From: Pseudomonadota bacterium
GTDB taxonomy: Bacteria > Pseudomonadota > Alphaproteobacteria > Sphingomonadales > Sphingomonadaceae
Length of the DNA stretch: 64,000 nucleotides
Assembly: GCA_040384525.1 (NCBI GenBank)
Contig: JAZKJE010000005.1
Location: forward strand, 134,541-198,540
Reading direction: 5' to 3'
The notes beneath the pieces are model-generated. The model had not been told where the DNA came from and ran no database searches. It saw only the letters and a list, made by a program, of their open reading frames with translations. Positions within the stretch are counted from its first letter, which is position 1, and every line of letters begins with the position of its first letter. The position numbers and the translations under genes were made by a program. Of this stretch, positions 26,592 to 41,000 are shown piece after piece.

Positions 26592-27248
26592 TCAATTCAC
26601 CAATTGTGGATAGGCATTCCGGAACGCGGAGACCTTCGGCTTGTCCCAGCGCACGATGTAGGGGTGCGACGGGTTCCGCCAGAAAAAGTCCTGATGATAG
26701 GCCTCTGCCGCGAAAAACTGCCCGGTCTCCAGCTTGGTCACGATTGCGCGTGGGAACGACTTCGCCCTGGTCAGCTGTGCGATATAGGCAGCCGCCACGC
26801 GGCGCTGCGCTGCATTCTGCGCAAAGATCGCCGAGCGATAGCTGGGGCCGGTGTCCGGGCCCTGGCGGTTCAATTGCGTGGGATCGTGCGCGACCGAGAA
26901 ATAGACGCGCAGCAGCGTGCCATAGCTGACCTTGGCCGGATTATAGACCACGCGAATCGCCTCGGCATGGCCGGTCTTCTCGGTAGAGACCTGATCATAG
27001 GTCGCAGTTGCCTTGGTGCCGCCGGCATAGCCCGAAGTGACCGAAGTCACGCCCTTCACCGATTGGAACACGGCTTCCATGCCCCAAAAGCACCCGCCCG
27101 CGAACACGGCGACCTGCTGGCCCTTCACGCCGGTCACGTCCTGCGCAGGTGCAGGGATAGGCACGGCACGCTCGGCCCCGACGGAAGGCTGCACAAGCAA
27201 TAGCGTGGCCCCGGCAAGGGCGGCGGCGGAAAGTGTCCATTTCAGCAT
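26592..27248 (-). CDS. msrA: peptide-methionine (S)-S-oxide reductase with N-terminal signal peptide
   Basis: Catalytic GCFWGMEAVF. The N-terminus MLKWTLSAAALAGATLLLVQPSVGA looks like a Sec signal. There is only one Cys in the whole protein. Confidence 0.9.
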   Translation of the reverse strand: MLKWTLSAAALAGATLLLVQPSVGAERAVPIPAPAQDVTGVKGQQVAVFAGGCFWGMEAVFQSVKGVTSVTSGYAGGTKATATYDQVSTEKTGHAEAIRVVYNPAKVSYGTLLRVYFSVAHDPTQLNRQGPDTGPSYRSAIFAQNAAQRRVAAAYIAQLTRAKSFPRAIVTKLETGQFFAAEAYHQDFFWRNPSHPYIVRWDKPKVSAFRNAYPQLVN

Positions 27249-27275
27249 GGACGCGAATGTCGTGCGTCCAGTGAC

Positions 27276-30228
<2,953 letters not shown>

Positions 30229-30306
30229 CGGGCCGGAATGCAGCCGCGCGCGCTCTCGGGCAAGCCCATGTTGCCGCAACACCTTGGCGCGACTATCTCC
30301 CCGGCC

Positions 30307-30975
30307 ATGCAGAACGACCCCCAGAGTGCGCCGATGCGTGCGGCCATCGTACCGGTCACGCCGCTCCAGCAGAATTGCACTTTACTGTGGTGCACCCAGA
30401 CGATGCGCGGTGCGTTCGTCGATCCCGGTGGCGATCTCCACAAACTCCGCGCGGCGGCGCAGCAGCACAATGTGACGATCGAGAAGATCCTGATCACCCA
30501 CGGCCATATCGATCATTGCGGCTCGGCAGGCGAATTCGCCACAGAGCTAGGCGTGCCCATCGAAGGCCCGCACGAAGCCGATCGCTTCTGGATTTCCCGA
30601 CTGGAGGATGACGGCAAGAAATATGGCGTGCGTGGCATGCCGTTCGAGCCTGATCGCTGGCTGGTCGATGGCGATCAGGTGACGGTCGGCAACCTGACGC
30701 TCGACGTATATCACTGCCCTGGCCACACGCCGGGCCATGTGATCTTCCACCAACCCGAATCGACATTCGCTTGCGTTGGCGATGTGTTGTTTAAGGGATC
30801 GATCGGGCGCACCGATTTCCCGATGGGTAATCACCAGCAATTGCTCGACGCAATCGTCACCAAGCTTTGGCCGCTCGGCGGCGAGACCGTGTTCGTCCCC
30901 GGCCACGGGCCTCTGAGCAATTTCGCGCACGAGCGGAAAACCAACCCCTATGTGAGCGACCAGGCGCTCGCTTAA
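30307..30975 (+). CDS. MBL-fold metallo-hydrolase (glyoxalase II-like)
   Basis: The THGHIDH motif is present and the protein begins ...MRAAIVPVTPLQQNCTLLW. The start is ambiguous between ATG 30307 and ATG 30334. Confidence 0.8.
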   Translation: MQNDPQSAPMRAAIVPVTPLQQNCTLLWCTQTMRGAFVDPGGDLHKLRAAAQQHNVTIEKILITHGHIDHCGSAGEFATELGVPIEGPHEADRFWISRLEDDGKKYGVRGMPFEPDRWLVDGDQVTVGNLTLDVYHCPGHTPGHVIFHQPESTFACVGDVLFKGSIGRTDFPMGNHQQLLDAIVTKLWPLGGETVFVPGHGPLSNFAHERKTNPYVSDQALA

Positions 30976-31862
30976 GCGGCCTCCGCGCCCAACGCTTCGA
31001 TCAGCCAATCGTGGAAGAGCCGCACCGGGCGCTGGGTGAGCGCGCGCGGGCGGCAGCAGAACCAATAGCTGTACTGGCTCTCCACCGTCAGATCGAACAG
31101 CTGCACCAGCCGCGGATCCTGCGCCGCTTCGAAATGCGATTCGAGCATGAAGGCGACGCCGAGCCCCTGTGCAGCGGCCTCCAGCATCAACGTGCCCGAA
31201 TCGAAATGATCGATCGCCAGCGGCTCCAGTTCGGGCACCCCGGCGGCGGCGCGCCATGCGGTGAAGGTCTCCGCCATGTCGCGGTGAACCAGAGCGGTCA
31301 GCCCCGCCAATTGCTCGGGGCGGGTGATCGGGTCCGGTCCTTCGAGCAACGCTTTTGCGCCGATGACATGCACCCGGTTGCGGTCCAGCCGCCGAGCATA
31401 GAGCCCCGGATCGACATCGCGTGCCAGCACGATTGCCGCGTCCAGCCCGTCGCCAAGCCGCGCCACGCCATGCCCGCCTGTATCGACATCCAGATGCAGT
31501 TCGGGGTGCTTTTTCTTGAGCCCCGGCAGCTTGGGCAGCAGCCGCTGGGTTGCAAACAAGGGCAGCACGCCGAGTCGCAGCCGGAGCAATTCGGTGCCGC
31601 TGGTCATCGCCTCGACCGCGTCGGTCATCGCATCGAGCGCGGGGGCGATCCCGCTCAACAGCCGCTCGCCATCGTCGTTGAGCCGCAGCGCCTGATGCCG
31701 CCGCTCGAACAGGGGCTTGCCGATAAAGCGCTCCAGCGATTGCACGCGGCGGCTAAGTGCCGGGGAAGAAAGCGCCAGTTCCTCGGCAGCGGCTTTGATC
31801 GAGCCGAGTCGGGCGACCTGCACAAAAGCCTCGATGGCGGTCAGCGGGGGAAGACGGCGCAT
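30972..31862 (-). CDS. LysR family transcriptional regulator
   Basis: 296 aa. The N-terminal helix-turn-helix region is LPPLTAIEAFVQVARLGSIKAAAEELALSSPALSRRVQSLE. Confidence 0.88.
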   Translation of the reverse strand: MRRLPPLTAIEAFVQVARLGSIKAAAEELALSSPALSRRVQSLERFIGKPLFERRHQALRLNDDGERLLSGIAPALDAMTDAVEAMTSGTELLRLRLGVLPLFATQRLLPKLPGLKKKHPELHLDVDTGGHGVARLGDGLDAAIVLARDVDPGLYARRLDRNRVHVIGAKALLEGPDPITRPEQLAGLTALVHRDMAETFTAWRAAAGVPELEPLAIDHFDSGTLMLEAAAQGLGVAFMLESHFEAAQDPRLVQLFDLTVESQYSYWFCCRPRALTQRPVRLFHDWLIEALGAEAA

Positions 31863-32019
31863 TCCGGGCCTTTCTTGTGCGTTGCATCATAAGTTCGGCG
31901 ATCGATTCTGCGTTCCCCCCGCACGTCTCTACGCTCTGTAGCCTACTATCACGCGAGTTTGAGGCGATTGCAAGGACTGCATCCAAGGTTGTTTCTTTTC
32001 GCACTTGCACAATAAACCG

Positions 32020-32101
32020 CTGCGCTGCAGAAAGATCAGGCCTTTCAGGCATCCTCTCCTAAAACTTTCAAATGGCCGCCCTTCGGGGCGGCCTTTTTTT
32101 T
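32020..32101 (+). ncRNA. candidate small RNA (5' end not defined)
   Basis: Two short hairpins (CTGC-gct-GCAG at 32020-32030, GCCT-ttc-AGGC at 32040-32050) precede an unpaired C/U-rich stretch, ATCCTCTCCTAAAACTTTCAAAT, and then a strong terminator. There is no credible ORF. No family was recognised. Confidence 0.3.
32074..32101 (+). terminator. orphan intrinsic terminator
   Basis: GGCCGCCC-ttcg-GGGCGGCC followed by 8 T. It is oriented for the plus strand only, since the flank on the other strand lacks a T run. No annotated plus-strand gene ends here. Confidence 0.8.
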
Positions 32102-32236
32102 GCGCGGCGGGCAAGGCAATAGAGGAGCTATTGCGAGCCTGCAGCCGCGCACGGGCGGCGGCGCGAAAAGTGCCGACCGACGACGTGGCTTTGCCACGGC
32201 GCAGCCCGACCAACCCCCCGCACCCCTCGTCATTCC

Positions 32237-32261
32237 GGAACCGTTTCCTATGTTACGCGCT
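32237..32261 (+). promoter_or_regulatory. possible EcfG-type (general stress sigma) promoter, GGAAC-N16-CGCT
   Basis: GGAAC at 32237-32241, a 16-nt spacer, then CGCT at 32258-32261; the consensus -10 is CGTT, so there is one mismatch. The geometry fits the RBS AGGAGA (32273-32278) and the ATG at 32288. Confidence 0.25.
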
Positions 32262-32287
32262 AGCCCCGCGACAGGAGACGCTCCGCA

Positions 32288-34582
<2,295 letters not shown>

Positions 34583-35851
34583 CAAAGGCATAGACGAGCA
34601 GACAGACAAGTCCTGCGGCGGCCGCGAGATAGGGCAGCGGCCGCCACAATTCGTACAGCCCCACCCCGATCGACGGACCGAGCACGAACGCGGCGCCGTT
34701 GATCGAGGTAACCTTGCCCGCGACCGATCCTTGCGCCTCCGGCCCCACTGCGAGCGAAGAGCCCGCGGTGAAGCCCGGCCGCGCAAGGCCCATGCCGAGC
34801 GAGGTGAGCGCATAGCCCAGCGCTATTCCGTAAAGCGAGTTTGCCGTTCCCACCGCGACGCAACCGGCAGCGCCGAGCGCGGCGCCCGAGAGGATCAGCG
34901 CACGGGGCTTCAGATCGAGCAACGGGATCATCCCCCATTGGGCGAGCAGTGCGGAGATCGCGCCCATCATCAGCACTAGCCCGGTGGGCTGGAGCGCTTC
35001 GAGAGGCGTGACGCCAAGGCGGTCGATCACGAGGAAGCCGATAGCCTGCCCGGTCATCGCTTGCGCATGGCCGATGACCAAACCGGCGATGATCCAGGCC
35101 CGAATGCGCCGGTCGAAAAACCCTATTGGCTCGCTTCGCTCGGCCATGGCTGCGGTGATGGTCGCGCCCGTGCCTTGCCCGCCGATGGAGGGATAGCTCG
35201 CGGCGGCACCATAAGCGCCGCCTTCGTCGCGCGGCAGCAGGCGGGCGACGGCGATCCACAATGCCGCTCCGATTGCCGCGGCAAAAAAGGCCGGGCCTGC
35301 CAATCCGATCAGCGGGCCACCTTCCCACAGATGGCCCAGCACCAGATAGGGCGCGATCGCGGGGCCGAGGATGGTGCCGAGGCCGAAGGCCGATGCAACC
35401 AGCGTCAGCGCCTTGGTGCGCTCCTCGCGCGTCGTCCGTCCCGCAACCAAGGCCTGCACCGCCGGCGGCGCGGCCGATCCCAATCCGCCATAGATCATCC
35501 GTGCGACGATGAAGGCGATGAAGGTGGCGAGCGGCGCCAGCACGCCGTTGATCCCGAGTGCCAGGAAGACGCCGCACAGGAACAGCGAAACGGTAAACCC
35601 CGCCACGCCGAGCAGCACCATTGCGCGCCGCCCGTGGCGGTCCGAACGATTGGCCCAGAATGGTGCGGCGACCACCCATAAAAGCGCGGAGACCGAGAAT
35701 ACGGCAGCCACCGCGCTGTCCGCCACGCCCAGCGAGCGGCCCAATGCAGGCAGCACCGATTGCAGCGCGGTGTTTCCGGCCGCGACGACCAGCATCACGG
35801 TGAACAGCAGTGCGAAAGTGGGGTCGCCACCGATCTTCACGGCACCAATTT

Positions 35852-36172
35852 TCACGGGCGGGTCCATGCATAGCTGCGACCGATTTCGGCGACATGGAGC
35901 ATATACCATGCATACCAGCGCCCGCGCCCGGCCTCGCGCGTGTCGGCATGTTCGGGGTGCTGGCGCCAGGCGATTGCGTTGGCCTCATCGGCCCAATAGC
36001 TGAGCGTGATGCCCAGCGATCCGTCTGATACGTGATCCACCCCGCAATAGCCCGGCTGTTCGGCGGCAAGCGCGTCCATTCGTGCGGCGGCGACCGAATA
36101 GCCCTCCGCATCCACGCCGGTGCGCTGCGAAATGAACATCACGACGGTCTGTCCGGTGCGATCTTCGGCCAT
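35852..36172 (-). CDS. antibiotic biosynthesis monooxygenase (ABM) domain protein
   Basis: 106 aa. VVMFISQRTGVDAEGYSVAAARMDALAAEQPGYCGVDHVSDGSLGITLSYWADEANAIAWRQHPEH resembles the ABM ferredoxin-like fold. Confidence 0.75.
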   Translation of the reverse strand: MAEDRTGQTVVMFISQRTGVDAEGYSVAAARMDALAAEQPGYCGVDHVSDGSLGITLSYWADEANAIAWRQHPEHADTREAGRGRWYAWYMLHVAEIGRSYAWTRP

Positions 36173-36224
36173 TCCTGCCGATTAGGCGCTTTGGCGGCGC
36201 ACGCAAACCCGCTAGCGAAACGGA

Positions 36225-36971
36225 ATGCTCGCTGACTGGCATTTCTGGGCGCTCGCGATCCCCGCCGTGATCCTTCTCGGGCTCTCAAAGGGCGGGTTTG
36301 CCGGCATGGGTGCGCTGTCGCTGCCGATATTGGCCTTGGTGACCGATCCGGTGCGCGCGGCGGCGATCATGCTGCCGTTGCTGATTGCGCAGGATGTGGT
36401 CGGGGTCTGGGCATTCCGGCGCTCGATCGATTGGTTCGTGCTGGTCTGGATGCTGCCCGGCGCAGCGATTGGCATCGTGCTGGGCTATGTCTTCGCGGCA
36501 TCGGTATCGCCCGATGCAGTGATGGCTGCAGTAGGCGCGATCTCGATCCTGTTCGGCGGCTACCGGCTGGGGGTCGAGCGCCATGCTCTGCCAGCGAGCA
36601 AAAGCTCACCCGGCTGGGTAGGGAGCATCGCAGGCGTCGCCGCCGGCTTTACCAGCCAGATCGCGCATGCCGGCGGCCCGCCATTCCAGATGTGGGTGCT
36701 GCCCCGCCGCTTGCCGCGTGACATATTGGTCGGGACCACGGCAATCTTCTTTGCTGCGGTCAATTGGATCAAGGTGCCGGCCTATCTGGCGCTGGGCCAG
36801 TTCACGCGAGACAATCTGATCCTGGCCGCCGCGTTGATGCCGGTGGCAATTCTGTCAACGATTGCAGGGGTTTGGCTGGTTCGCCGCGTCTCGGCCGAGC
36901 GCTTCTACACCGCGATCTACTGGCTGATGATCCTGGTCGGCATCAAGCTGGTCTGGGACGCGATAGTGTAA
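36225..36971 (+). CDS. sulfite exporter TauE/SafE family protein
   Basis: 248 aa with 7-8 transmembrane helices. The N-terminus ILLGLSKGGFAGMGALSLPILALV is typical of TauE/SafE. Confidence 0.85.
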   Translation: MLADWHFWALAIPAVILLGLSKGGFAGMGALSLPILALVTDPVRAAAIMLPLLIAQDVVGVWAFRRSIDWFVLVWMLPGAAIGIVLGYVFAASVSPDAVMAAVGAISILFGGYRLGVERHALPASKSSPGWVGSIAGVAAGFTSQIAHAGGPPFQMWVLPRRLPRDILVGTTAIFFAAVNWIKVPAYLALGQFTRDNLILAAALMPVAILSTIAGVWLVRRVSAERFYTAIYWLMILVGIKLVWDAIV

Positions 36972-36993
36972 ACCTCGTGTAACTTTTGGCGGC

Positions 36994-37929
36994 TCAGTCG
37001 AACAGCGAAGACACCGAAGTCTCGTCTGCGATCCGCCGGATCGCTTCGGCCAGCAAAGGCGCGATGGTCAGATGGCGGATCTTCTCGCTCTCGGCGATCA
37101 CGGCGTGGTTGCCGATCGAATCGGTGATCACCAATTCGGCCAGCTCCGACCCGTCGACACGCGCAACGGCCCCGCCCGAAAGCACGCCATGGGTGCAATA
37201 CGCCACGACATCCTCGGCGCCGGCCGCCTTGAGCGCGGCGGCGGCGTTGCACAGCGTGCCCGCCGAATCGACGATATCGTCGATCAGGATGCAGAAGCGC
37301 CCCTGCACTTCGCCGATGATGTTCATCACTTCGGATTCGCCCGCTTTCTCGCGGCGCTTGTCAACAATTGCCAGCGGCGCATTGTCGAGCCGCTTGGCCA
37401 GGCTGCGCGCACGGACCACGCCGCCCACGTCAGGCGAGACGACCATCCATTGCTTGCCCGGAAAGCGGCTGCGGATATCGGCGGACATCACCGGGGCGCC
37501 CCAGAGATTGTCGGTCGGGATATCGAAAAAGCCCTGGATCTGCCCGGCGTGAAGATCGACCGAGAGTACGCGGTCCGCACCCGCCACGGTCACCAGATTG
37601 GCGACGAGCTTGGCGGAAATCGGCGTGCGCGGGCCGGGTTTCCGATCCTGCCGGGCATAGCCGAAATAGGGGAGCACCGCAGTGATCCGCTTGGCCGATG
37701 CCCGCTTCAGCGCGTCGGTCATGATCAGCAATTCCATCAGGTTGTCGTTGACCGGGAAGCTGGTGGACTGGACGATGAAAACATCCTCGCCGCGGACATT
37801 CTCGAGCACTTCGACGAAGATTTCCTCATCGGCGAAGCGGCGCACATTGGCCTTGGTGAGCGGAATCTCGAGATAGGCAGCGATCGCGGTGGCGAGCGGA
37901 AGGTTCGAATTGCCAGCGATCAGTTTCAT
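36994..37929 (-). CDS. prs: ribose-phosphate pyrophosphokinase
   Basis: [24 protein letters not shown]...[10 protein letters not shown]...[14 protein letters not shown]...[10 protein letters not shown] is canonical Prs. Confidence 0.96.
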   Translation of the reverse strand: MKLIAGNSNLPLATAIAAYLEIPLTKANVRRFADEEIFVEVLENVRGEDVFIVQSTSFPVNDNLMELLIMTDALKRASAKRITAVLPYFGYARQDRKPGPRTPISAKLVANLVTVAGADRVLSVDLHAGQIQGFFDIPTDNLWGAPVMSADIRSRFPGKQWMVVSPDVGGVVRARSLAKRLDNAPLAIVDKRREKAGESEVMNIIGEVQGRFCILIDDIVDSAGTLCNAAAALKAAGAEDVVAYCTHGVLSGGAVARVDGSELAELVITDSIGNHAVIAESEKIRHLTIAPLLAEAIRRIADETSVSSLFD

Positions 37930-38008
37930 GGGAAGCGCGTCCTTGCCCTGCGGTGCGTCGGAGCCGGCTCCTTAGCCAGCACCGCACCCGCAGGGAAGAG
38001 TGGATGAC

Positions 38009-41000
38009 TTACTCGGCTGCTACCGCGACCGGTTCTTCTAGTGGATACGCAAGTCGGGTGAGCATTTCGCGGGGAATGACCTGCCAGAAATGGCCCAGCG
38101 AGCGATCCCAATCCTCAAGCAGCCCGCGTGACCATTTGCTGTCGGTAGTCTCGGCATGCGCTTCGACGAGATCGCGGAGCTTGCCCTCCCAATGCGCCGA
38201 AGCCAGCCGTTGCCAGACGATGCTTTCGGGATTGGCGCGCGATTCGAACGACGCTTCCTCATCATAGACAAAGGCCATGCCGCCGGTCATGCCCGCGCCG
38301 AAGTTCGATCCGACTTCGCCCAGCACCACGGCGGTGCCGTTGGTCATGTATTCGCAGCCATTCGCGCCGCAGCCCTCGACCACCACTTCGGCGCCCGAAT
38401 TGCGAACGGCGAAGCGCTCGCCAGCCTGGCCCGCTGCGAACAAGCGGCCAGATGTCGCGCCGTACAGCACGGTGTTGCCGATGATCGTGTTCTTCCACGA
38501 TTCGATCGGCGAACTGACCATCGGGCGCACCACGATAATGCCCCCGGAAAGTCCCTTGCCGACATAATCGTTGGAGTCACCAAACACTTCCAGCGTGATG
38601 CCCTTGCACAGGAACGCCCCGAGCGACTGGCCCGCCGAGCCGCGCAGGCGGACATGGATGTGGCCGTCGGCAAGCGACGACATGCCAAACTTGCGGGTGA
38701 CCTCGGAGGACAATCGCGTGCCGACCGCGCGGTGCGTGTTCCGCACCGTGTAGGTCAGCTGCATCTTTTCACCGCGCGAGAATACTGCTGCGGCATCCTT
38801 GATCATCTGCGCGTCGAGGCTGTCCGGCACTTCGTTGCGGAAGGTGGAGAGGCTGAAGCGGCGCTCGGCATCGGTTGCATCGACCTTCGCAAGGATCGGA
38901 TTGAGATCGAGATCGTCGAGATGCTCGGCACCGCGGCTGACCTGGCGGAGCAATTCGGTGCGGCCGATAATGTCGTCGAGGCTGGAGAAGCCGAGCTTGG
39001 CCAGGATCTCGCGGACCTCCTCGGCGATGAAAGTCATCAGATTGATGACCTTCTCGGGCGTGCCCACGAACTTCGCGCGCAGCTTCTCGTCCTGCGTGCA
39101 GACGCCGACGGGGCAGGTGTTCGAATGGCATTGGCGGACCATGATGCAGCCCATCGCCACCAACGACAGCGTGCCGATGCCGAACTCCTCGGCCCCCAGG
39201 ATCGCCGCGATGACGATGTCACGCCCAGTCTTGAGCCCGCCATCGGTGCGCAGCTTCACGCGACCGCGCAGGCCGTTGAGGGTCAGCGTCTGGTTGACCT
39301 CGCTGAGCCCCATTTCCCACGGCGTGCCGGCATATTTCACGCTGGTCTGCGGCGAAGCGCCGGTGCCGCCAACATGGCCGGCGATCAGGATGACGTCGGC
39401 ATGCGCCTTCGCCACTCCCGCCGCGACGGTGCCGATGCCCGCCGAGCTGACCAGTTTCACGCACACGCGAGCGCGCGGGTTGATCATCTTGAGATCGTAG
39501 ATGAGCTGCGCCAGATCCTCGATCGAATAGATATCGTGGTGCGGCGGCGGCGAGATAAGCGTCACCCCCGGAGTTGCGTGGCGCAACTTTGCGATGAATT
39601 CGGTGACCTTGAAGCCGGGCAGCTGGCCGCCCTCGCCGGGCTTGGCACCCTGCGCCACCTTGATCTCGATCTCGTCGCACGCGTTCAGATATTCCGCGGT
39701 CACGCCGAAGCGGCCTGACGCGATCTGCTTGATGACAGAGTTCGCGTTGTCGCCATTGTCGCGCGGGGTGTAGCGCTCGCTATCCTCGCCGCCTTCGCCC
39801 GACACGGCCTTTGCGCCGATGCGGTTCATCGCGATCGACAGCGTCTCATGCGCTTCCTTGCTAAGCGCGCCGAGCGACATTCCAGGGGTGACGAAGCGCT
39901 TGCGGATCTCGGTGATCGCCTCGACCTGATCGATCGGCATGCCTTCGTTCGGGAAGTTGAATTCGAGCAGATCGCGCAGATAGACCGGCGGCAGATCGCG
40001 AACGCCGCGCGAGAAAGCTAGATAGTTGGAATAGCTGTCGGTCTGCACCGCAGTTTGCAGCAGATGCATTAGCTGCGCCGAATAGGCATGGACCTCACCG
40101 CCGAAACGCTGGCGATAAAAGCCGCCGATCGGCAGCGTGGCGACGCCGGTATCGTGCGCGGCATCGTGGCGCATCACGGCGTTCAGATGCAGCGAGGCAT
40201 AGCCTTCGCCCGAAATCTTCGCCGGCATGCCCGGGAAGAGATCGTGGACGAGTGCCCGGCTGAGGCCCACGGCTTCGAAATTATAGCCGCCGCGATACGA
40301 CGAGATCACCGCGATCCCCATCTTGGAGAGGATCTTGAGCAGGCCCTCGTCGATCGCCTTGCGGTGGCGCTTGAGACAATCCGCGAGCGACAGATCGCCG
40401 AACAGCCCGCGACCCTGGCGATCCGCAATCGCGGCTTCGGCGAGATAAGCGTTCACCGTGGTCGCGCCGACGCCGATCAGCACCGCGTAATAATGCGTGT
40501 CGAGGCATTCGCCGCTACGGATGTTGACGCTGGCATAAGAGCGCAGTCCGCGACGGACGAGATGCGTGTGCACCGCCGCTGCCGCCAGCACGCCCGCGAT
40601 GGCGATCTTGGTCGGCCCCTGATGCTCGTCGGTCAGGAATAATTCGGTGCAGCCCGCGCGCACCGCTTGCTCGGCTTCATAGCGGATGCGGGTGATCGCG
40701 GCGCGCAGCGTATCCGCATCGCCGCCCGTGTCGAACGTGCAGTCGATCTCCGCCGATTGGCTGCCGAAATGGGTGCGCAACCGGTCCCAATCGCTGTTGG
40801 TCAGCACCGGGCTTTCGAGCACCAGCACCTTGGAGCCGCCACCCTCGGTATCGAGGATGTTGGCCAGATTTCCGAAGCGCGTGCGCAGGGTCATCACCTG
40901 GCGTTCGCGGAGCGAATCGATCGGCGGGTTGGTCACCTGGCTGAAATTCTGGCGGAAGAACTGGCTGATCAGGCGAGGCTTGTCGCTGATCACCGCGAGC

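Noticed and set aside
31877-32062. 61-aa ORF as a possible small protein ending just before the orphan terminator.
   Set aside because: Roughly half of its codons end in A or T, in contrast to the strongly GC3-biased real genes here. It has a GTG start without an RBS, and its Cys/Ser/Arg-rich sequence has no motif. The region is treated as non-coding, a candidate sRNA.
37930-38008. Nested GC-rich pairings (CCCTGCGG...CCGCAGGG around the GGAGCCGGCTCC palindrome) between gltB and prs, considered as a terminator.
   Set aside because: No U tract follows on the minus strand, and the pairing is imperfect with alternative registers. I cannot distinguish it from a generic GC-rich spacer.
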